Part shown: in pieces, positions 27,337 to 34,875 of the stretch
How positions within the stretch are numbered: the first letter of the stretch is position 1
Layout of the letters: every line of letters starts with the position of its first letter
NCBI GenBank assembly: GCA_027343225.1
Contig: DAHWMK010000005.1
Coordinates: 98,630 to 162,629 of the forward strand
Direction of reading: 5' to 3'
Length of the DNA: 64,000 nucleotides
From: Thermoplasmatales archaeon
GTDB taxonomy: Archaea; Thermoplasmatota; Thermoplasmata; Thermoplasmatales; GCA-001856825
Position numbers and translations under genes: made by a program
The notes under the pieces: model-generated
The model's input: the letters and a program-made list of their open reading frames with translations, nothing else
Told to the model about the DNA's origin: nothing
Database searches by the model: none

Positions 27337-30300
27337 TTAAGTTGTCTTGGTAGGGGGTGGTGCTCCTTTCTTTTTCTTTGAACTCGAATACGCCACTGCG
27401 ACTACTGCGATTATCACTATTAGAACCACTACTATGAGACCAATGATTAAAGTCCAGTTGTAGGAAGGAGGAGGTGGTGCTGTTGGGGAATAGACTATGT
27501 TGTATGTAGATGTTACACGGGCTCCTTGCGAATTATACACTATGAGATGAATAGTGTTGTTTCCCTTTACGAGTCCAGAGATATTGGCAGTCCAGTTCAC
27601 AGAGTTTCCAGTACCAAGTAGTGTTGCGTTAACCGCGCTGCCGTTATTCACGGATATTTGGACTCCAGTTATTGCACCTAGACTGAATGCTGTGCCGGTC
27701 AACGTGAAACTACTATTTTTCACTACAGAGTTGTTTTGCACCGAGCCGGTAAGTGAGTGGGTAATCGGATAGCCGCCAGTATGATTCAGTGGATTGTATG
27801 CCATGAACACATCGGAGAATGCTGATAGAGTGGTAGAATAGAATCCAGGTATCAGGACCTGGGCATTGAGACTCAGGAAGGAGAATGTGGTGTTTGAGGA
27901 AAGGGTGATCGGTATGATGGATGCAGATGTGCTTGTCACGTTGAATTTGGAATTCTGAATAGAAACTCCACCAGAAGGCGAGAGCAGCGTGATCTGAGCA
28001 GTAGATCCCGTAGGTAGGTTACTGACGGTCAGAGAGGCATTGGAAGCACCAGAAAGTGCATAGTCAGGCATCGAAAGATTTGCATCGATGAATGCAGGAT
28101 TTTCAACTAGACTGTTCGTCTGCAGGATTGAATAGGATCCCCATGGCGCTGCAGAAGAAGCTTGTGAAGCCGGCTTGTAGTACGCCCCATAGTACATTGT
28201 GTATGTTGTAGGAGCAGTTACCGCTGGCAGGTTGAAGCTGAACGAAGCTACTCCATTCGTGTCTGTTGGAGCATAGGACTTGAACTCAACAACCTTGCCA
28301 ATCATTCCCCAAACTCCAACCTTCACATTTGAGATGGGTACTCCATTTTGGTCTGTGAGTTTGACACTACCGTTAAGAACCTCAGTTGTACTTGAGGAGT
28401 TGTAAGAAGAGAGAGAGGTGTCTGCGATACTGTAACTCACTAGATCTAAAGATTGTGCTCTCTGGTCGGCAAACTGGTTTTCATAGAGACCCGTACCGTT
28501 AACCTCGAGATATCCCACACTTATGCTATCAGATACAAAGTAGTACAGCTGAGATCCTACAAGTACATAAACAGTCTGAGGAAGATCTCTGTAACTGGAG
28601 AATGTCCCCAGAAGATCATATGTTCCCGTTCCATTTATTACGTACGAGGGTCTCATGTTGATCCCATAACCAGTGGAGATGTACTGCCAGGTTGTTGTTG
28701 TATTGATTCCGTAATCTGCAGCGACTGCAGAAGCATTCTCACCAAAATCCCACATGGCAAGATTTGGAGTTGACTCGTTCGAGGCAGCGCCTGCGTAATC
28801 GCCTGCAATGTTTATCGAAGGCTGATTGACGTAAGTGCTTGATAGAACCATGCCGGTGTATTCCCACGCGCTGTTGAAGTAGCTGTTTACCGAGGCATTC
28901 CAAGATGGGTCGCTAAAGTCAGATAGCTGTCCGTCAGGTGTAGTTCCCGTAATAATGCCCACTGGAACCATACCCGAAACCGGTGTATTGTTTCTGTCGT
29001 ATAGCTTTAGAATCATTTGGAGAGATCCTGGACCACCCATGAAATTGGATTCCGTTCCGTTGTAAGTGAAGTAGAGATAACCTCCATAAAGACCAGCGAC
29101 ATTAGATTGCGAGCCATAGTAAGCAATTGTTACTGAGGTTTTTAGTCCAAAAGTCGAGGCCTGCTGGAACCCAATCACTTCCGCTTGTGGAGACAATCCT
29201 GGAACAAAGGTGAGATTCAGATATGCAAGACCATTTGCGTTGGAAGTCAGGCTGTAGACTGGATTCGATACGTAGGACGAATTGCTGTAATAGACGACAA
29301 GCTTCTGGTTTCCAGTGATGGTTCCCGTTGTATCCCTTGTACTCACTACCAAAGAGATATTGCCCCCGTTCCCCACGGAATAAGAAGACGCACTTTGCAG
29401 TTGTGTAACTATCCATTGTGATTGGACGTTGTTTGGAACGAGAAGCTGCAGTTGCAAAGAGTTCGAAGACGTGAATCCAGCTGCAAAGTCTGTAGCATTG
29501 AATTGCAGTATTGGAAGCAAATGCTCGTTCATATAAATGGTTGAAAGTTCGCTGGCTGTTGGAGCGGTGTAAACAAAGTCAGCAATACCATTAGAGTTGG
29601 TAATTGCGCTGCTGGGAGTTATGGACCCATAGCCAACTATTGAACCCAGTACAGTAACCTTAGCTCCTGCTACCGGTGTTCCGTGTTGGTCAACCGCCTT
29701 CACTGGAACAGTGATACTGCTTCCCGCAGTAACAGAAAGATTGGTTAGTGACGTGGTTAGGACAAGATTAGAACCTAATGATTGGATCAATTCGGATGAT
29801 ACTGATTGACTGCCTCCGTACGATGCAGTGGACGTAATAGTAACGAAATCAGTGCCAGTTCCGGTGATTCCGAAGTACATTACTCCGTTGGCGTTGGTTA
29901 CCCCGGAAGAAGTGGAGAGTGTTACATTAGAATTCGATGCAGCTAGTGAAACAGAAGCACCTGAAATTGGATCACCCAGCGAGTCAGTTACCATAACCTT
30001 TCCTGTCACCGTTTGTCCAACACCCACTGCAGAAGGTACAGATAACTGGCTGTTTACCGGCTGAACTTGAACAGGAGTGACTGCTGAGGTATGAATTGCC
30101 GCAAGAGAGTACGTATTGAATACCGTTCCATCAAATACAAATCCGGACCATCCTGCCCAGTGGTTATTGGTAGCTTCTATATTTGCTTGGTAGTATAGGA
30201 CATTCACCGGCAATGCCTCGGTCGCAATTCCCTGCATTTCCTTCGTATAATAAATCATCTGGCTGATATTGAATGTGCCATAAGCCTTGGCTTGAGCAGC

Positions 30301-32034
30301 CTCAAATTGAAGTGCAAGCTGGGACGAGGCATTATCCGCAAGAGTCTTTACACTTGGAAAATTAGGATTAGTCTGGTTGTTAGGCCACCAAGCATAAGTG
30401 TTCTGGTAACCCATTGGACCAAGTATGTCTGCAACGTTTCCGATCGGATCCAAAGATAGCGACCAGCCCAAAGTAAGCATCTGATAGTTGAACGATGTGC
30501 TAGCAGCAACGAGTTTATCAAACGATACGGCCGTTGCGACAGTGGGTATCCCCATCGCAGACATTTCGGATGCGATCATCTGTGCGGCCTTAATTCTGAC
30601 TGGGTCGTATGACGCGGGCGGAGTGAGTATTGTTATCGGAGGAATAGGCTGGCCATTTGGTAGCGTTCGCAAACCATTTGGTCCCATTGGGAGACACTCG
30701 TTGAATAATTGTTCTGCCTTGACGAGATTATAAGGATACCTCGTAACAGAATTGTTATACCACGCAGTCCAGAACGGCGGCTCTGGTGAATCACCTGCAC
30801 TTCCAAATCCTGATAGATAAGTGTTCACGATTGTGCTTTTGTCTATCAGATAGGATACGGCCTGCCTAAAAGTCAAGTTGTTCATGGGTTGCTGGTTTTC
30901 ATTAAAGGCGAGATAAAAGTAGCCGTTCTGAGAGTTGTAATGAAGTGTCAGTTCCGGATCCTTTGCGAGGATTGGAACATAAGCAGGAAGCAGAGGCCAG
31001 GCAACATAGTCAACCTGTCCACTCTCTAGCGCAAGCATTGCAGTATCCTGGTCAGTGTAGATTTTAAACTCCATGTAAGAGATGTTCTGAGGGTAGACGT
31101 GATACCCGGCGGGAGTCGTGAAGTTCTTTCCCCAGTAACCTGTGTATGGTTTCTCTATCCTGTATGCAAATTGGACTCCTGAAGAGTAGTACCACGGTCC
31201 AGTTCCTATGGTTGCGGCAGGATCGGTATTCCAGTGAGTATCAACTATTCCGTTTGTCACACCTGTCTGAGGATTTACGTACACAGTCCCATTTGTTATA
31301 TCCGGCACTCCAGAAGTTACAAGATGACTATCCCATACATGCATAGGAATTATGATTGCACCACCTAGAGTGGTGAGATAGAATTCTCCGTACGTGTTCC
31401 ACATAGTGAACTTTACAGTATACTCGTTAACATAGTGGACTGAGAGTTGCTCTTCCTGGAATGTCAGGAACCCATTCCCAAATACGTCAAATGGAGTTGT
31501 CGTAGCAGTTCCGGAGTAGGTCGTTCCATACCTTTCTGCGAAGTATGAGAAGACCACATCAGTGGCATTCATTGGGGTACCATCTGTAAACGTTACTCCG
31601 TGTCTTATGTTAACAGTTACATTGTATCCAGTTAGTCCACCTGTGGATGAAAACTGGATTTGACCGCTCTTTATGCCCGCGGAATTCGTTGTAGGATTTA
31701 CAATGTTATAGTGAAATTGCTGTGGTTGAGTCCAGTTGGAAGCAAGCCAAGGTACAGCAGCACCACTGAAGTCTACTCCAGAAAGTGCCTCAAAATTCCA
31801 ATCTCCGAAAGCGTAGGCTTTCCAGACAGTATTGCTTCCGAGATCAAAGAAGTTGTAGTTTGGCATGTCTTCCTGCATTCCTATAAAAAGAGGTTGCGGA
31901 GACTCAGGGGTCTGGGCAAAGGTGACCGATAGCGAATTGAGAGCCGTTAAGACAAAAACCAGAACTACTGCTGTGGTTAGTAAGGAAACAAAAATACTTT
32001 TTCTTTCCATTATTTCCACCTTTGCGTTTTTCAA
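27337..32034 (-). CDS. oppA: Giant membrane-anchored family-5 (OppA/DppA-type) substrate-binding glycoprotein with a roughly 880-aa Ig-like C-terminal extension
   Basis: 1565 aa. Signal peptide, SBP_bac_5-like region to about aa 650, then repeated beta-sandwich modules (for example VTGKVMVTDSLGDPISGASVSL... and VKAVDQHGTPVAGAKVTVL...), a Pro-rich linker, a C-terminal TM helix and a KKKK tail. Very many N-x-S/T sequons. TTG start in the track; an internal ATG lies 8 codons downstream. Confidence 0.85.
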   Translation of the reverse strand: MKNAKVEIMERKSIFVSLLTTAVVLVFVLTALNSLSVTFAQTPESPQPLFIGMQEDMPNYNFFDLGSNTVWKAYAFGDWNFEALSGVDFSGAAVPWLASNWTQPQQFHYNIVNPTTNSAGIKSGQIQFSSTGGLTGYNVTVNIRHGVTFTDGTPMNATDVVFSYFAERYGTTYSGTATTTPFDVFGNGFLTFQEEQLSVHYVNEYTVKFTMWNTYGEFYLTTLGGAIIIPMHVWDSHLVTSGVPDITNGTVYVNPQTGVTNGIVDTHWNTDPAATIGTGPWYYSSGVQFAYRIEKPYTGYWGKNFTTPAGYHVYPQNISYMEFKIYTDQDTAMLALESGQVDYVAWPLLPAYVPILAKDPELTLHYNSQNGYFYLAFNENQQPMNNLTFRQAVSYLIDKSTIVNTYLSGFGSAGDSPEPPFWTAWYNNSVTRYPYNLVKAEQLFNECLPMGPNGLRTLPNGQPIPPITILTPPASYDPVRIKAAQMIASEMSAMGIPTVATAVSFDKLVAASTSFNYQMLTLGWSLSLDPIGNVADILGPMGYQNTYAWWPNNQTNPNFPSVKTLADNASSQLALQFEAAQAKAYGTFNISQMIYYTKEMQGIATEALPVNVLYYQANIEATNNHWAGWSGFVFDGTVFNTYSLAAIHTSAVTPVQVQPVNSQLSVPSAVGVGQTVTGKVMVTDSLGDPISGASVSLAASNSNVTLSTSSGVTNANGVMYFGITGTGTDFVTITSTASYGGSQSVSSELIQSLGSNLVLTTSLTNLSVTAGSSITVPVKAVDQHGTPVAGAKVTVLGSIVGYGSITPSSAITNSNGIADFVYTAPTASELSTIYMNEHLLPILQFNATDFAAGFTSSNSLQLQLLVPNNVQSQWIVTQLQSASSYSVGNGGNISLVVSTRDTTGTITGNQKLVVYYSNSSYVSNPVYSLTSNANGLAYLNLTFVPGLSPQAEVIGFQQASTFGLKTSVTIAYYGSQSNVAGLYGGYLYFTYNGTESNFMGGPGSLQMILKLYDRNNTPVSGMVPVGIITGTTPDGQLSDFSDPSWNASVNSYFNSAWEYTGMVLSSTYVNQPSINIAGDYAGAASNESTPNLAMWDFGENASAVAADYGINTTTTWQYISTGYGINMRPSYVINGTGTYDLLGTFSSYRDLPQTVYVLVGSQLYYFVSDSISVGYLEVNGTGLYENQFADQRAQSLDLVSYSIADTSLSSYNSSSTTEVLNGSVKLTDQNGVPISNVKVGVWGMIGKVVEFKSYAPTDTNGVASFSFNLPAVTAPTTYTMYYGAYYKPASQASSAAPWGSYSILQTNSLVENPAFIDANLSMPDYALSGASNASLTVSNLPTGSTAQITLLSPSGGVSIQNSKFNVTSTSASIIPITLSSNTTFSFLSLNAQVLIPGFYSTTLSAFSDVFMAYNPLNHTGGYPITHSLTGSVQNNSVVKNSSFTLTGTAFSLGAITGVQISVNNGSAVNATLLGTGNSVNWTANISGLVKGNNTIHLIVYNSQGARVTSTYNIVYSPTAPPPPSYNWTLIIGLIVVVLIVIIAVVAVAYSSSKKKKGAPPPTKTT

Positions 32035-32257
32035 CGCTGTGTATTCATGAATAACATTATATTTATGTGTATGGATTTATTTAGGAATACAAAAATCTTT
32101 AGGTTCAACTAATCATCTAAATAACTATAAAAAACAAATTGAATCGATAACCAAATCAGCTCCGGAATTGACGATGTTGTATTTCTAACTTTATGTAAAA
32201 GATTCCCTTAATGCCAAGAGATTTTAGCTCGGTTTTTGAATTCTTGGCCCGACTTTG

Positions 32258-32299
32258 TTTACCCTGGCCCCTTTATAAAGATATCTCTTTACCCTCGCC
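32258..32299. repeat. Direct repeat TTTACCCTGGCC ... TTTACCCTCGCC (30-nt period) flanking a TTTATAAAG box
   Basis: Read directly from the 611-bp ORF-free region upstream of the opp operon; 11 of 12 positions are identical. Confidence 0.5.
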
Positions 32300-32645
32300 T
32301 TCTAAACTAGTCGTTTCAATTGGAAAGGACCTTTTTCTTGCATCTTCTCAATAGGTTCTTTATGGTTGAATGATGATAATTTTTTTGAATGCCCTTGTTG
32401 TTTTTTTTCACTATATAGAAATAACAATTCCATACTCGTGTGTGTGAAGACGGAACTAGAGATTCTTGCAAAGTAGCCAAACTTTCATTCTTCAGATCCT
32501 TCTGTTACGACAATTGAATCTTAATTGTCATCTATCTGTTTAGAACTCCGATTTTTCTAAAAATTTCAAAGAGTATGTTATAATGATTCTACTCACAGGT
32601 AATGCTGTAGGTGCCCGCCATCCGAACCAATTATCCTATTTAGCA

Positions 32646-33401
32646 TCAACTAGAATTATCGTAATAATAGATAAATTCCAATGTCTGGTTGACATAGAAT
32701 ACTGTACCCCAAAATGATAAATCGTAAGAGCCAGGATAATAGATTCCATTATTCAACCCAAATTTGATCAGGTATGGTCCAGAAGCGGAAGTCGAAAATC
32801 TTTGTCCGTTGTCGCTTGTTAGTGATATACCATAATTACTTTTGGCATAAAGGGAACCAACCAGAATTGCAGGTTCACTTAGGTTTAATGAGAATGACGA
32901 TGTGCCATTGTAATCATAAAAATAGCTTCCAGCAGGTATTTTAAATGACCCTACTTTGAAAGGGTTGTAGCTTGTTTTAATGGAAGAAGTTATTAATATT
33001 CTGTCGCCTATATATCCACCTATTATAAGAGTGTAATAACCTGCAAAAATAGTCTGATTTAAGACGCCGTGAGTTTCCCTAGGAGTTGGAAGTTCCATAT
33101 AAGTGACATTATCATTCATCAACCATACTATAGACTTGTTGGTGGAACTCCAAGTTCCTGAGAGGATGAAATTTCCCTTCAAATCCAAATTGTAAGTAAT
33201 CCCATAATATTTAGTGGGTATTGCGGCACCACCAACCATCTCTTTGTCCAATGAATTAATAACAATGACCGAGCCAGCATTTAAAATATTCAGAGGGGAT
33301 TTTCCGCTTAATGCTCTAATATTCATTTCGCAATTGAAAGTCAGGCCTCCTGCTATTACTATCAAGATGATTGCAATAGTCATGGCGACCTTCCCCTTCA
33401 T
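32646..33401 (-). CDS. Secreted or membrane-anchored beta-rich hypothetical protein (251 aa)
   Basis: Clear N-terminal signal anchor (MTIAIILIVIAGGL) and a Tyr/Gly/Ser/Asn-rich body. No family recognised. Confidence 0.5.
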   Translation of the reverse strand: MKGKVAMTIAIILIVIAGGLTFNCEMNIRALSGKSPLNILNAGSVIVINSLDKEMVGGAAIPTKYYGITYNLDLKGNFILSGTWSSTNKSIVWLMNDNVTYMELPTPRETHGVLNQTIFAGYYTLIIGGYIGDRILITSSIKTSYNPFKVGSFKIPAGSYFYDYNGTSSFSLNLSEPAILVGSLYAKSNYGISLTSDNGQRFSTSASGPYLIKFGLNNGIYYPGSYDLSFWGTVFYVNQTLEFIYYYDNSS

Positions 33402-33613
33402 CGGTGTAAAAATGAATCAGAATATATGCCATTTTCCCAAATCTCTACAGGTTCATAAATTACTGTTTTCAGGTATAGGTCTGGATGTCTATCTTCAGAG
33501 ATTATGAACCTCTGAAAATTCTCAGTTACCCCCAAGCCCAAATCTCTTGTGATCTTAAAAATTCTCCATTCCCTTACACTGTAGGCCTTCTCCTTTCCGT
33601 CTCGAGGGAGCAA
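33398..33613 (-). CDS. Hypothetical 71-aa protein
   Basis: TTG-start ORF whose TGA overlaps the ATG of the downstream gene (ATGA). No ATG codon and no recognisable family. Confidence 0.25.
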   Translation of the reverse strand: MLPRDGKEKAYSVREWRIFKITRDLGLGVTENFQRFIISEDRHPDLYLKTVIYEPVEIWENGIYSDSFLHR

Positions 33614-33651
33614 GATTGATAAGCCCTAATCTGGGAAAACCGTAAGTAAGT

Positions 33652-33912
33652 ATGTTTCATGAAACATTGATGGCAAGCAGGAAGTTGATTGCCGCTGTAA
33701 TCGCCATTGCTGTAGTGGCTTTCGTATTCTTTGTCCCAATTGTCCCTACTACTGGTTCCTTAAGAGGCATCTACGATCCATTGGTTATTCACATCTATTT
33801 TTACAGGTCTGTGAGTACCTTATTTACTCCGATTGGGACAAGCCTCTGGGGTTGGCACTACTATTTCGCCCCTCATCCTCAATCTCTTGGTGCTGCTTAC
33901 AGTCCTGACTGA
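33652..33912 (+). CDS. Small membrane-anchored hypothetical protein (86 aa)
   Basis: One strong TM helix (LIAAVIAIAVVAFVFFVPIV). ORF evidence only. Confidence 0.35.
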   Translation: MFHETLMASRKLIAAVIAIAVVAFVFFVPIVPTTGSLRGIYDPLVIHIYFYRSVSTLFTPIGTSLWGWHYYFAPHPQSLGAAYSPD

Positions 33913-34055
33913 ATTGGTTTCTCACTTCTTATGGGTGTTCAAGGACTAGGTCCCTTAAGAGCAAGAGAGTCCCTTCGTAGTAATCTTTAGTGAAAACTTC
34001 CATTTCGCTTTTCTTGGTCATTCATCCCATGTACTAATTTACGCTTTCTGCCTGA

Positions 34056-34157
34056 TCCCGGCTGCCGGATTTGAACCAGCGACCTGTGGATGGCGGCGGT
34101 TGCGCCACAGCGCTATCCCTCTACAGTCCACCGCTCTACCAACTGAGCTAAGCCGGG
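34056..34157 (-). tRNA. tRNA-Tyr (GUA) with a 29-nt intron at the canonical 37/38 position; CCA not encoded
   Basis: Hand-folded cloverleaf. Acceptor CCCGGCU/AGCCGGG with the archaeal Tyr identity pair C1-G72, discriminator A73, D stem GCUC/GAGC, anticodon stem GUGGA/UCCAC, loop CUGUAG|intron|A, T arm GCUGG-UUCAAAU-CCGGC. A TATA-like AAAAATATTTTT lies about 21-33 nt upstream. Confidence 0.9.
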
Positions 34158-34360
34158 TAATGGGTTATCATTCAAGACAAAAATATTTTTCCTATGAAAT
34201 TACCATACTAAGGAAGAGAATTGTGAGTTCAGGGATTTTTAAAGTGGAACTGTTTCCTAGTTTGACTAAAAAAAGTTCCTATTATGCAAGTCCCGAAAAT
34301 TAACTAAGAGGAGGAAAATATTAATTAATACGAAATATATTTATTTGCAGGTGAACACCG

Positions 34361-34738
34361 ATGCCAATGACGTTCAGAAAAAAGACTGTTATTAAAACAG
34401 ATAGACCACCAAAAGAGCCCAGAAAATACATAGACCTCAATGAATATCAGTTTGCAGATGAACCTGGAGCGGGCACATCTGTAAAGATAGGTGAATTGGT
34501 AAAATTTGAGGAGGTTCCGCAATTCTCGGAGATAGTCCTCAACGGAGATGTCTTGATTCTTGACACTGCTGCGATTCAATCTGACGAACTTCAAATGAGG
34601 AGAATAGTGAGTGAATTAAAGAGATCAGCAGGTGACAACGGAGGAGATGTTGTTGCACTTGGTAACAGATATTTGATTGTGACTCCAAGAGGAATGAAGA
34701 TAGACCGAAACAAGGTGAGGGCTCCTTCCTCCCTCTAA
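34361..34738 (+). CDS. sepF: Archaeal SepF (FtsZ membrane anchor)
   Basis: 125 aa. The pattern YIDLNEY..., SVKIGEL...FEEV, GDVLILD, ...GGDVVALGNRYLIVTPRGMKIDRNKV matches the archaeal SepF core as I remember it from haloarchaeal SepF. Confidence 0.75.
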   Translation: MPMTFRKKTVIKTDRPPKEPRKYIDLNEYQFADEPGAGTSVKIGELVKFEEVPQFSEIVLNGDVLILDTAAIQSDELQMRRIVSELKRSAGDNGGDVVALGNRYLIVTPRGMKIDRNKVRAPSSL

Positions 34739-34875
34739 TTTTATTTATTATAGACCACTAATACCCTCCATAGAAAAGACAAAAGTTATCATCGCGTGAG
34801 TCGTTGCATATTTCCCAATTTTCTACGACCAGTACACGAAGTAAACGTTAATAACGATTGGAAAATTCGGGGTAG

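Noticed and set aside
32150-32185. Weak similarity of AGCTCCGGAATTGAC to the tRNA-Tyr 3' half (GCTGCCGGATTTGAAC), as a possible att remnant
   Set aside because: Too short and too mismatched to distinguish from chance, and no integrase or other mobile-element gene lies between it and the tRNA.
32365-32450. C/D-box sRNA candidate (AAUGAUGA at about 32370). Similar C-box-like strings occur at about 38391 (AAUGAUGG) and about 55563 (UUGAUGA).
   Set aside because: In none of the three cases is there a correctly spaced D' / C' / D (CUGA) box or a terminal stem within 50-70 nt.
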